Assembly: GCF_001194135.2 (NCBI RefSeq)
Contig: NC_069005.1
Coordinates: forward strand, 16,000,495 to 16,064,494
DNA length: 64,000 bases
Direction: 5' to 3'
Source of the DNA: Octopus bimaculoides
Lineage: Eukaryota
Position numbers and translations under genes: made by a program. The notes beneath the pieces were generated by a model, which was given only the letters and a program-made list of their open reading frames with translations, did no database searches and was not told the origin of the DNA. Of this stretch, positions 1 through 12,083 are shown piece after piece (the stretch's first letter is position 1; each line of letters starts with the position of its first letter).

Positions 1-53
1 ATAAATCTGCTCAGGCAGAACTAATTGGAGCTACCAAAGTAGAAGTAACAAGA

Positions 54-392
54 TCAAGAGGAGGAGGGGAGGAGGAGGAAGAAGAGGTGGTGGTGGTGGT
101 GGTTTTGGTGGTGGTGGTGGTGGTGCTGGTGGTGGTTGGTAGGTGATGGTAGGTGGCAGTGGTGGTGGTGATAGTAGTGGAGGTGATGGTAGATGGAGGT
201 GGTGTCAGTGATGGTAGTGACAGTGGTGGTGGTAGTAGTGGGGGTCGGTAATAGTAAGTGGTGGTGGTCGTTGTTGTTGTCAGTGGTCAACTGGTAGGTG
301 ATGGTGGTGGTGGCAGTGGTGATAGTAGTGTTGGCAATGGTGGTGGTGGTGGTAGTGGTGGTGGTGGTGGTGGTGGTGGTGGTGGTGGTGTT
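54..392. repeat. Degenerate (GGT)n/(GGA)n microsatellite
   Basis: Direct trinucleotide run; explains the poly-Thr/His ORF 54..431. Confidence 0.95.
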
Positions 393-754
393 TGCTTCGG
401 CAATAAACCGGACTTTGCAATTTGATACCATTTAAACTACAATCAGAATAAAAGTGGTAAAGTAACCAGAAAAAATCAATGTATGCAGTATATTTTCAGA
501 GAAATATCCAAGACAGATGCATGAATAATTCTCCTTTTGTGTTTAATATGAGCTTCTGTTCCTTTTATTGAGTCTTTGTCTGCCTCTGTCTAACTTTTAT
601 TACCAACTTCTGGTTTGCTCTGTTGTTAACAACATCTTAACCCTGTTTCTTTATTAATTACAACAGCTTCTCTTTGGTTCCTTTTGCATTAGCAAACACA
701 CACTTGACTACTTTTATGAGTTGCTTGCTTTGTTCTGCATATACACTTATATAC

Positions 755-817
<63 letters not shown>

Positions 818-1516
818 GATAGGCATAGGTGTGGCTGTGTAGTAAGAAGCTTGCTTCCCTTGTGAGTGGATTTGGCAAACAGAAACTGAAAGAAGCCAGT
901 TGTGTGTGTTTGTGTGTGTTGTGTCTGAGTGTCTGTGTGTGCGTGTGTGTGCACACACACACACACAGATACACAGATGTGTGGAATTGGAACAGGTATG
1001 GTTGTGTGGTTGCGAAGTCTGCTTGCCAACTATGTGGTTTCAAGTTCAGTCCACTTGTGTGGTATTTTAAGCAAGTGTATTTCATGTTGACCAAAACCTT
1101 GTCATCAGGATTAGTCCGTGTATTCAATGGAGAGCCAGTTTATTATTTTTATTTTTATGATGATGATCATTCATTTGTTTATGTTTTCAATTTGATGCTA
1201 GTATGGACTGGGGGAATATGTATCATTCCAGTGAAACATTCAGTTTCATGGAGCCAAATCAAAATTGTTTGACACATATAACTCCTACTAAATGTATTGA
1301 GTGCCACTTTCTTTCGTTTGTCCACTCAATATATATATATATATATATATCTGACAGGCTTCTTTCAGTTTCCATCCACCAAATCCACTCACAAGGCTTT
1401 GGTTGGCCTAAGGCTACAGTAGAAGACACTTGCCCAAGGTGCCACACAGTGGTACCATGTGCTTCCCAACCATGTGTTTGGGAAGCAAGCTTCCCACCAC
1501 CATATGCCTGTACCTA

Positions 1517-1547
<31 letters not shown>

Positions 1548-1557
1548 NNNNNNNNNN

Positions 1558-1590
<33 letters not shown>

Positions 1591-2482
1591 AACTCGAAAA
1601 AAGATAAGGGTTAGCAATAGGAAGAGCATCCAGTTGTAAAACAATACCTCAATAATTATTCATCCAACCCATGTCAACATCAAAAAACAGGCAAAACAAA
1701 TGAACAAACTTATGATAGGTATGTATGTATGTATCTTTTGGTAGCAATATTTTATAATGTATTGTGGTGGAAAGATAATTGATAGTCAAAATTTGACCAA
1801 ATTCCTAGTAAATGTGTTTAAACAGATATCTTGACATTATAGATGACACAACCATCTCACAGCAGTGACCATATAATGAATGTCAACTCCACTAGCAGCC
1901 TTCTTTTACATCTTTGCCACTAAAGGTCACATTGCTTCAGAAGACAGAGGAGTTTATGTGGAGCCATGGTAAGAATTTAAAAATTAAAGTTCCTATAACA
2001 TAAATGATGTATTTCCAAACTTGTATACTTCCATTAGAAATATACAATTTTGTTTTACAATTAGTTGAACAAACATTCTATCCTATGTATGCAAAGATGG
2101 AGAATGTTTGTGGTGCATACACACACACACACACAACCTCATATTCAGAATATACTCAAATATATTTTTATGTTTTATAAATACATCAACTACTTGGTGA
2201 CCAATGGCACGAAAAAAAGCACCCAGAATATTCTGTAAAGTGGTTAGCATTAAAAGAGATATCCAGCCATAAAAACCATGCCGAAGCTGACAACACAACC
2301 CTGTGGCTTACTGGATCCTGTCAAGCTGTCCAACCCATACTAGCACATTAACTTTAGATAAAGCCACTGTTTATGGTGTGTGAAGCACTGAAATGAGGTA
2401 TAACACCACACATCTATATTCAGAAAAATAACAATTAACAACTGCCATAAAAACACCAGGTAAAATAATATAACAACATTAA

Positions 2483-2698
2483 TCCTTTAGCATTCACATT
2501 ATTCTGTCTAAAGTAATGCTAGTTTAGTCATGTTGTTTTAAATTAATCAGGAACTATCTTGTAACTTGAGATTTTGATGAAGTAACTTAATTTTTAGAAT
2601 GATATTGTGATGTTGATGTGAGGGCCAGATCCAGCCACTTTGTACATAAAATGGATAGAATATTTTGGCTGGATATGGTCGGTTTAAATACCAAGGCG
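2483..2698 (+). mobile_element. piggyBac-type MITE, degenerate copy
   Basis: TTAA on both sides (2479-82, 2699-702); body homologous to 8011-8227. Confidence 0.7.
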
Positions 2699-3120
2699 TT
2701 AAAACTAGTTTTGCAAGGAATTTCCTCTCACTTTACAACAAACATAAGGATAGCCACAAATCAGTTATTGACCAAAAACTATACCAAGAGACTCTATAGC
2801 TGAATGTAAAACATTTTGAGCCTTCAGCATCAAGAATTACAATGCAAAAATGGTCAAAACAAGATCAAAAGGAGCAGACACACAAGTGCTGAAATATGGA
2901 GCTCTGTCCACTGAAAGGAAAATTCTAGAAAAAAGCTTTACCTATCATGCTGGTATTTTCACAAAGAATAACTGACAGAATGTCAGTTATGACAATGTAG
3001 GTTCCAGTTGATCCAATCAATAGAATAGCCTGCATGAAATTAATGCGCAAACAGTTGAACACTCCACAGACATGTGTACCCATATCATAGTTCCCAGGCA
3101 AGATTCAATGCGACACAGAA

Positions 3121-3202
3121 TGGCCCTTTGAATTATAGGGCTAGCCCTTTGAATTATAGGGCTGGCCCTTTGAATTATAGGGCTGGCCCTTTGAATTACA
3201 GG
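3121..3202. repeat. 21-bp minisatellite (TGGCCCTTTGAATTATAGGGC) x~4 inside a SINE
   Basis: Four near-perfect units; gives the IIQRASP repeat in ORF 3017..3268. Confidence 0.95.
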
Positions 3203-4936
3203 TAAACTCACTTTTGCCGGCTGAATGAACTGAAGCAACATGAAATAAAGTGTCTTGCTCAAAGACACAATGTGCAGCCAGGAATCGAAAGCCTGGCCTT
3301 ATGATTGTGATAACCTAAACACTAAGCCATACACTCACACCATTTCCACAAATAACAACCCATCTACCTATACAGGGCTTAAAAGACACTATTCTCGATA
3401 GCATATTCCATCACTGACATCTGGAGAATACCACAGTACTTTCCAAATATCACCAACTTTGTAAACTCTGATTGTCTGGAACCTCTTATAGTCCACACTA
3501 ATTTACAAAAACTTCAAATTCCTGCAGCTGCCAGACTAGTTTTACTGGTACTCTGGGGTGTACGGTACTAATCTTTTATCCTTTACTTGTTTCAGTTATC
3601 TAACAGTGGTCATGCTGGGGCACCACCTTCAAAGGTTTTAGTCAAACAAATCAACCTTAAGACTTATATCTCTTAAAACCAAGTACTTATTCAATTAGTC
3701 ACTTTTGCCAACCACTAAGTTACAGAAACATAAACACATCAACACTGGTTGTCAAGTGGCGGGAGAAAGACAAACAGACACAAAAACACACACACACATA
3801 TATGTATAGAAGAGGCTTATAACAGTTACTATCAGCTAAATCCACTCACAAGGCTTTGATCGGCCCAAGGCTATAGTAAAAGACACTTGCCCAAGGTGCC
3901 ATGCAGTGGGACTGAACCCAGAATGAGTGTTCTAGTTGATCTGATCAATAGAACAGCTTGCTCATGAAATTAATGTGCAAGTGGCTGACCACATACAACA
4001 TCTTTACACAGTTCCTCAAAGTCTTGTTTCACCACACTAATGAATTACAGTGGTTTGTATGTCCACCTAATTTTTTTCTATCTATCTCATTCTGCAGAAA
4101 TAAATAAATGTTAAATTGCATAGGCACAGGTGTGGCTGTGTGGTAAGAAGTTTACTTCCCAACCACATGGTTCCAGGTTCAGAGCTGCATCTGCATACCT
4201 ACTTAACTTAAACCTGATAAACATAATTACGTTACACCTGGCAATTATATTATATTATATTATAACATCAATCATTCATTCATTACATATATCTCCACAC
4301 AGAAATATAGAACATAAACACAATTACACAGGTGTATATTATATTAGGTTTACAAGATTAAGTTAGCCATTGCACAGAATTCTATATGAGGAGAGAGGGG
4401 AGATATACATATATATATATATATATATATAGGGAGAGAGGGGGAGAGAGGGGGGAGAAAGAGAGTGAGAGAGAGTTTGTATGTGTGTGTACAAGATTAT
4501 CTTTCGCATATATTATGAGATCAATGTTTTTGCATTTAATTTCAATTTTCCATTCTCCCTTGACACTAATATCAAGATATCTACTTTAGAACAACAGATA
4601 GCAAATGGATTTGTGTCTGTTTTTCTGTTTGTTTTTTGTTGTTAATACATTGCTGTGTTTAGGAATGCAAGGTTGGTAGATTTTCAAGAACTGGTAGAAC
4701 TGCCAAATTCTAATGCATTCTCCAAATTTATTTTCCATACTGAGAGAAGCACAACTAGCATTTGTAATCTTTTTTTCTAGAGAACCTCCAATAAAGCTGG
4801 TACAGGTTCCTAATTGTAATGATTCCCTACTGCAAATGGATAGTTTCCTGTGAAAACATGTAGTGCTCATGCAATCAATAAAACTTACTTTTCATGCAGC
4901 TAGCAACTTTCATGTTACATTGACAATTGGAAAATA

Positions 4937-6187
4937 CAGGGTGAATAAGGTATTTCAGGACATAGCTTTTATGGGTCATTGCAACATCTTTTTCTAACTC
5001 TGTATCTTTGTTTCAGAAAATAATAATGGCAGACCCTCAGCTTACTCAACAAATGAAGAGACATGCTGTTATTGTGGTTATAAAGGCTGAGCATAGCGAT
5101 TTAGAAATACCTCCATTTTTAAAAGTTGCCAGATTTTTCGTCTACAAAGTTTGTAATGAGCTAGAGACTGAAGATGGAAACGTATCAGCAGTATCAAAGT
5201 ATAAAAAGCATTCTAAACACCCTGAAATCACCTGAATTTATCCAGCAAGTTTAACAGACCATTGATTACGGTCCCAGAAAGTCCATGAGGTCAATTGCAA
5301 AAGATCTCCATGTGTCAGAAGGAACAGTCAGAAATGTTGTCCATGAAGACATCAGATATAAGTCTTATATGATGAGGAAAGGTCAATTTGCCAGAAAAAG
5401 CAAAAGAAAATCACTATATCAGATCTAAAAGGCTCTTAAACAAACTGAATAACCCAGCTGAAGATGATTTGATTTGGTTTTTCTCAAATGAGAAAAACTT
5501 CGCCCAAGATCAAAAAGTTAACAGAAGAAATGACAGATGCTTATGTGCAGACCCTTCTGAAGTTCCAAGTTTTATGCATACAAAATTTCCTGCAACTGTC
5601 ATGGTTTTAGGGGTTATCAGCAATGAAGGACATATGATGCCTCCTTACTTCTTTCCACAAGGCCTTACAGTTAACTCTGCCACCTACATTGAGGCCATGG
5701 AAATAATTGTTCAGCCCTGGATAGACAGTGTATGCAATGGAAGGCCATATGTGTTTCAGTAAGACTCTGCACTATCACACATGGCTCTAGTAACACAGGA
5801 ATGGATGGCTGAAAATTTTCATAATCACATAACCCCTAACATTTGGCCTCCTAATTTCCCAGATCTCAATCCATTGGATTATTACATGTGGAGCATTGTT
5901 GAGAGAGAGGTCAATAAATACGTCCATAACACCAAAGATTCTTTGAAAGCTGCCATAGTCAGAGTAATGTCCAAAATGAACCAGAACCACTTGATTCAAG
6001 GATGTAGATGATTTAGATCTCATATAGAAGCAGTTGTTGAAGCTGAAGGTGGCTTTATTGAATAATGTTATAGAAAAGAAGGTTTATTTTTATCTTCATA
6101 GAATATTTTGATTAATAAAGTTATCTGTTATTATATATCTGTGTTTTTATAAACATAAATCTGTCCTCAAATATTATATGCACCCTG
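4937..6187 (+). mobile_element. Full-length degenerate DD37D (maT) Tc1/mariner transposon
   Basis: TA at 4935-36 and 6188-89; imperfect TIRs CAGGGTG(A/C)ATA..TATTT.AGGACA; broken transposase with FSNEK (first D changed to N), YVFQ*DSA and WPPNFPDLNPLDY; 37 residues between the second and third D. Confidence 0.92.
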
Positions 6188-6809
6188 TATATACGCTAAT
6201 TGTATAGAGGTCTATGTGTATATATATTAACTTGATAGATCTCTTAACGGCTAGATGATTCAAACTTGAGTCCATACTAACATATATATAAATGATTAAA
6301 TTTGATTTGATCTGATGGATTGTGAAGAGGTAGAAAATCTCAACTGAGCCAATGGTGCTTCTCACATTGATGCTGAGTGGAGAAACCCTAGAAGATCAAC
6401 AGACAGGATCACCAAACTCTATCAAGAGAGTAACTGCAATACATCCATAGGGGTGGCATCCATAGTTGCGTAATTAGCTAATGAAAGATTCATTTTGACT
6501 CAAGTTCCAAATTCAAATTCATTGTAATGGAATTAAATGGTGACAGAGTGTCATGGGAATCCGTGAAAGCAGTGAAAAAATAACAAAACAAACCAAAACT
6601 GGTTGTCCAGCAGTGGTGAGAGATAAACATAAACACAAACCTACACAGATATATACATATATATAATCAATGGGGCTTCTTTATTTTTCTATCTACAAAT
6701 CCACTCACCAGGCTTTGGTGAGACTGGGGCTAATGTAGAAAACACTTGCTTAGCAAGCCATGCAGTGGGACTGAACCGAAGATCATAAGGTTCAGAAGCT
6801 GGCTTCTCA

Positions 6810-7085
6810 ACCTCAGCCACACAATCATGAGGTAGTGAGTTTGATTCCCAGACCAGGCTGTAAGTTGTGTTCTTCACATCACTCCAGTTTGATCAGCTGT
6901 AGAAATGAGTTGCGACATCACTGGTGCCAATCTGTATTGGCCTTTGCCTTTCCCTTAGATAACATCGATGGCAGGAAGGCTGGTATGTATAGGCAACTGC
7001 TGGTCTTCCATAAACAACCTTGCCCGGATTGTGCCTTGAGGGTAACTTTTTAGGTGCAATCCCAAAGTCATTCATGACCAAAGGG
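6810..7085 (+). mobile_element. tRNA-derived SINE (family 2); other copies at 14855-15183(-), 59915-60120(+), 3200-3335(-), 50085-50210(-)
   Basis: B-box-like GAGTTTGATTCC followed by a shared body (…tccagtt..tcagctgtagaaatgagttgcgac…) seen in several copies. Confidence 0.75.
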
Positions 7086-8010
7086 TATCTTTACCCTTTC
7101 TGGTTAGTCAGAGAGGGAATGCCCATTACCCATGTAAGCTCCCCCAAGTGGTGAAGCTGATTTTATATATTATATTGCAGATTTATTGTCTGAATTAGTA
7201 AACTTTATCCGTGTGATTTGAGTGTTTCTGCCCAAGACCACATGTTGCAGCCAAGCACCAATAATCCACATAGCTGTGACTCACTAAAGTAAAATATAAC
7301 AACAGTGGAAGAAATTATTTCTTATCTAAGTGTACAGTAAAACATTGGTGGGAATAGTTTTTTCTTTTTTTATACTTGTGTCTTCTCTAAGATACTATCT
7401 TTATTATTTACTCACTGTTGATTCTATTGTTTTCCATTAATCTTGTTATTTTGTTGCAAAGCTGTAATATTTTCTCTTGTATTTTGTATTTCATTAGAAA
7501 AAAATTCAAAATGAAAGTAAATATCTTTTTTATTTTTCTACTTGTTTCAGTCATTAGACTGTGGTCATGCTGGGGCACAGTCTTGAATAGTTTTAGTAGA
7601 ATAAATTGACCCCAGAATTTTCTTTTTGGTTTTAAATCTGGTACTTATTCTCTCAGTTTCTTTTGCCAAACTGTTAAGTTATGGGGACATAAGCACACCA
7701 ATACCAGTTGTCAGGTGGTGGTGGTGGTGGTGAGGACAGACACAAATACACACACACACGATGGGCTTCTTTCAGTTTCCACCCACCAAATCCACTCACA
7801 AGGCTTTGGTTGGCCTGAAGCTACAGTAGAAGGCACTTGCCCAAGGTGCCATGCAGTGGAATTGAACCCAGAACAATGTGGATGGGAAGCAGACTTCTTA
7901 CTACACAGCATCAGTTTCAATGATGAGAAATTTGTGGTCCATTATCAGAATTACCAGCTCATTGAATTATCATTTAAGTGGCTGAGTATTCCACAGATGT
8001 GAACCCTTAA

Positions 8011-8227
8011 CCTTTTCGCATTCACATTACTCTGTCAAATGTAATGCTAATTTATTCACAGTTTTGAATTAATCATGCATAATCTTGTAGCTTTGAGATT
8101 TTGATGATGTGATTGCTTGTTTTAGACTGACATTGTAGTGTAGGTGTGAGAGGCCTGATCTGCTCTATTTGAACATAAAACAGGTAGAATATTTGGGCCA
8201 GATATGGCCAGTTTAAATGCTAAAGGT
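8011..8227 (+). mobile_element. piggyBac-type MITE (~217 bp)
   Basis: TTAA|CCTTTTCGCATT…AATGCTAAAGGT|TTAA; further copies at 26671-26886(-), 55264-55479(-) and about 38590-38790(-). Confidence 0.85.
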
Positions 8228-8329
8228 TTAATGTAATCCTCAAGTAGAATCAGTTTGACACAATATACGATGAGGCTTCTGCATAGTTTCCTCTAACCAG
8301 TTTTACTCCTAATGCCAACCACTCCGAGA

Positions 8330-9685
8330 GTGTAGTGGGTGCTTTTTACATGCCACCAGCACAGGGGCCAGAGGAGTTGGCATCAACCACAATTGGATGG
8401 TGCATTTTACGTGCCACCGGCACGGAGGCCAGTCAAAGCAGCACTGGCATCGGCCACATTCGGATGGTGCTTTTTATGTGCTACCGACATGGGGGTTACA
8501 ACTAATATATATATATATATATATATCGAGCGAGATCGTTGCCAGTGCCCCTGGGCTGGCTCTTGTGCGGGTGACACATGAAATTTTTCGNNNNNNNNNN
8601 NNNNNNNNNNNNNNNNNNNNNNNNNNNNNNNNNNNNNNNNNNNNNNNNNNNNNNNNNNNNNNNNNNNNNNNNNNNNNNNNNNNNNNNNNNNNNNNNNNNN
8701 NNNNNNNNNNNNNNNNNNNNNNNNNNNNNNNNNNNNNNNNNNNNNNNNNNNNNNNNNNNNNNNNNNNNNNNNNNNNNNNNNNNNNNNNNNNNNNNNNNNN
8801 NNNNNNNNNNNNNNNNNNNNNNNNNNNNNNNNNNNNNNNNNNNNNNNNNNNNNNNNNNNNNNNNNNNNNNNNNNNNNNNNNNNNNNNNNNNNNNNNNNNN
8901 NNNNNNNNNNNNNNNNNNNNNNNNNNNNNNNNNNNNNNNNNNNNNNNNNNNNNNNNNNNNNNNNNNNNNNNNNNNNNNNNNNNNNNNNNNNNNNNNNNNN
9001 NNNNNNNNNNNNNNNNNNNNNNNNNNNNNNNNNNNNNNNNNNNNNNNNNNNNNNNNNNNNNNNNNNNNNNNNNNNNNNNNNNNNNNNNNNNNNNNNNNNN
9101 NNNNNNNNNNNNNNNNNNNNNNNNNNNNNNNNNNNNNNNNNNNNNNNNNNNNNNNNNNNNNNNNNNNNNNNNNNNNNNNNNNNNNNNNNNNNNNNNNNNN
9201 NNNNNNNNNNNNNNNNNNNNNNNNNNNNNNNNNNNNNNNNNNNNNNNNNNNNNNNNNNNNNNNNNNNNNNNNNNNNNNNNNNNNNNNNNNNNNNNNNNNN
9301 NNNNNNNNNNNNNNNNNNNNNNNNNNNNNNNNNNNNNNNNNNNNNNNNNNNNNNNNNNNNNNNNNNNNNNNNNNNNNNNNNNNNNNNNNTCGAGCGAGAT
9401 CGTTGCCAGTGCCCCTGGACTGGCTCATGTGTGGGTGACACATGAAATGCACCATTTTGAGCATGGCCATTGCCAGTACCGCCTGACTGGCCTTCGTGCG
9501 GGTGACACGTAAAAGCACCCACTCCACTCTCTGAGTGGTTGGCATTAGGAAGGGCATCCAGCTGTAGAAACTCTGCCAAATCAGATTGGAGCCTGGTGTA
9601 GCCATCTGGTTTCACCAGTCCTCAGTCAAATCGTCCAACCCATGCTAGCATGGACAGCAGACGTTAAACGATGATGATGATGTAT
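8330..9685 (+). mobile_element. RTE-tailed element with internal ~60-bp tandem units, spanning an 800-N gap
   Basis: Units such as gagcgagatcgttgccagtgcccctgg…gtgacac on both gap flanks; ends in the …ccatgctagcatggacagcagacgttaaacgatgatgatg tail. A homologue lies at 48020-48480. Confidence 0.7.
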
Positions 9686-10294
9686 GTATGTATGTATATA
9701 TGTACATATATGTAAGTGACACCCAGTACACTCTACAGAATTGGTGGGATTAGGAAGGGCATCCAGCCAAAAATACAAAACAGACTGGAGACTGGTGCAG
9801 CTCTCTAGTTTACCAGTTCCAGTCAAACTGTCCAACCCATGCCAGTATGGAAAATGGACACTAAATAATGATGATGTGTGCATATATATGCATATACATA
9901 CATGTACATATGTGTGTGTGTATATATATATCTATATATATAAAACAAAGGATGTGTGTTTACACACACATTACTTATGCGCCAAGGATGGTCATGCACT
10001 ATAACATTTTGCCCAGAGCTCCCGCATAAAGTGAGAAACTGGGGGAAAAGGCATTTCACTAGGTTTTTCTCTAAAATCTGCAGTTTTCAACCGATTCTCT
10101 CCCTTTTCTCTCTCTGCTTATTTCTATCTTCTCTTTCTTTTTCTCATTCTCTGTTTCTCTTGCTTACATATATTCTCTCTCACCCTCTGTATTAGTTCCT
10201 CTCTTTAAGTCTATGTCTGTTTCATTCACTCATTCATTTACTCTCTCTCTCTCTCTGAAAACTGACTTCAGTGTATTTCAATTTTGTCATGCAT

Positions 10295-10565
10295 GGGCAT
10301 ATGGCATAGTGGTTAAGAGCACGGGCTACTAACTCCAAATTCCGAGTTCAATTCCAGGCAGTGACCTGAATAATAATAATAATAAAATAATAATAATAAC
10401 ATTGTAAAATACTTTGGGAATGGGAACCCAGGTTCGAAATTTCCCCAAGACACCTGATGAAGGTTGGAGTGTATATCAGCCAAAACGTTGTGCTAACAAA
10501 ACAACAAACAAGATGAGGACAAATATCCGTCTAATGTAAATAATGTACATAATTCCTTATCTCTT
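10295..10565 (+). mobile_element. tRNA-SINE head + (AAT)n + Penelope-type pLTR segment carrying a hammerhead relic
   Basis: A box TGGCATAGTGG 10302-12, B box GAGTTCAATTCC 10344-55, (AAT)n, then the HHR motif at 10449-10494. Confidence 0.7.
10449..10494 (+). ncRNA. Minimal type I hammerhead ribozyme relic (G12 to A)
   Basis: GACAC-CUGAUGA-A-GGUUGG/UCAGCC-[A]AAAC-GUU-GUGCU with palindromic AACGUU stem III. Confidence 0.7.
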
Positions 10566-10952
10566 GTGATACAGCCTTCGTTACTAACCAATGAGAATTC
10601 AACCATGCCACTGAGTGTTCATGCGTTAGAAAAAGATATCCTAAAGTGGCTCAAGTTTTTTCACTCAAGCTATTTTCTTCTAGAGCTTTATACACTGAAA
10701 TGGGGTTTGTAATTTCTGTCTATAAATTGACTTCCTTGTATGATATAATAGTATTTCACTTTTATTCTTTCACATTTAATTCTAATGTGGTAAGACTATA
10801 ATATTGTTTCACATTTATTCTTTCACTTTTGTGTGTGTGTTTGCACATTCGATACGTACAAGAGAGTAAAGGACATTTTATACCATGATGACAACAACGT
10901 CACATACATGAATCTCTGAGTGTATGTCGGTAGGTGTATGAGTGTGTATGTC

Positions 10953-10989
<37 letters not shown>

Positions 10990-11220
10990 CCATGTTACTT
11001 ACATTATTAAACACACACACACATCTACATATACACATGTGACAACTGACATGCGTGAATGTATGCCTGTATGTGTCTCTCTTACTATATGTGTGAGAGT
11101 GTATGTGTACAGATCGTCACACTGTATATGAATTTGTATGTGTCTGTGAGTGTGTGTGTTTGCATGCCTGTTACGTACATTATTAAACACACACACATAC
11201 ATCTACACATACATATGTGA

Positions 11221-12083
11221 AACCCCAGCCATTCTTGTCAAAACTGAACCTTCCACAATTACGTGCAAGGTCCAAGTTATATAAAAATACACATCTACCA
11301 TTCAATTAACAGTTCATAGCTATTGCAGCAGTTGCAAGATTGCAAGGTATTACAATTTGCTTATATTTGGTTAATTTACACAAAAACATAGACATACTAT
11401 ATACAACTTATAAAAATAGAGATTAATGTATATTTTTTCCTATGTTCATAATTTTTTGTTTAAAATATTGAAAAAATATGGCACCAAAGAAAATATGTAA
11501 TCTCTCCAGAAACACCTATAAAGCAAGGAGGAGTGCAGAAAACCAAAGGCAAGAATCTCAAGACATAAGGGACATGAAACTTTCCGAACATCAGCGAAGG
11601 CATACTGCAGCATGTCTGATGGAGTCCCAAGACAGAAGGGAAATGAAACTTTCTCAGCATCAGCAGGGGCATGCTGCAGCACATCAGATTGAGTCTCAAG
11701 AGAAGGGTGACGAAACTTTACCAAGATTAGCAAAGGCATGCTGCAGCACTTAATGCTGAATCATTGAAACAATGTTTAGGACACCAGATTACACAGAGGT
11801 CCAATAGAATAGCTCTCAGAAACAGACCATGTACAAATTCGTTCTTCACAACACCTGGAGCTGCTTTCATATATGATCCAGCCCATTCTTATAAAAATGA
11901 TAATTCTGTCCAAATTGGTGTGCTAAACTCAAATTGTTGTTTATGCAAAGCTTTAAAATTTACTCCACAAATGTTTTATTGTCAATGCTGCACTTTCCTG
12001 TATCACCTGTTTCAACATAACTGTAATATATTTATACAAACTATGCCGTTTTAATCTTGAGCAATGTCGGGTATCTCTGCTAG
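11221..12083 (+). mobile_element. Non-autonomous Helitron with 5' fragment of the Rep/helicase gene
   Basis: Charged repeat ORF 11478-11753, then AFIYDPAHSYKNDNSVQIGVLNSNCCLCKALKF (Helitron N-terminal Zn-finger motif); 3' hairpin 12056-12071 followed by CTAG|T at 12080-84. The 5' boundary is uncertain. Confidence 0.75.

Noticed and set aside
54-1272. ORFs of 120-150 aa rich in T, H, V, C, Y, I
   Set aside because: Translations of (GGT)n, (CA)n and (TA)n microsatellites and SINE fragments; the same applies to the clusters near 24943, 29025 and 46483.
3121-3202. CRISPR-like array of palindromic repeats
   Set aside because: No spacers, eukaryotic context, and embedded in a SINE.
4586-4870. 94-aa minus-strand ORF with an AG at 4849 as the next RIM-BP exon
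   Set aside because: The phase-0 frame stops after 6 codons, no good donor, and no RIM-BP similarity.
8397-9615. ORFs of 286-402 aa
   Set aside because: They read through N-gaps; likewise 20885-21355, 32423-32827 and 45368-46219.
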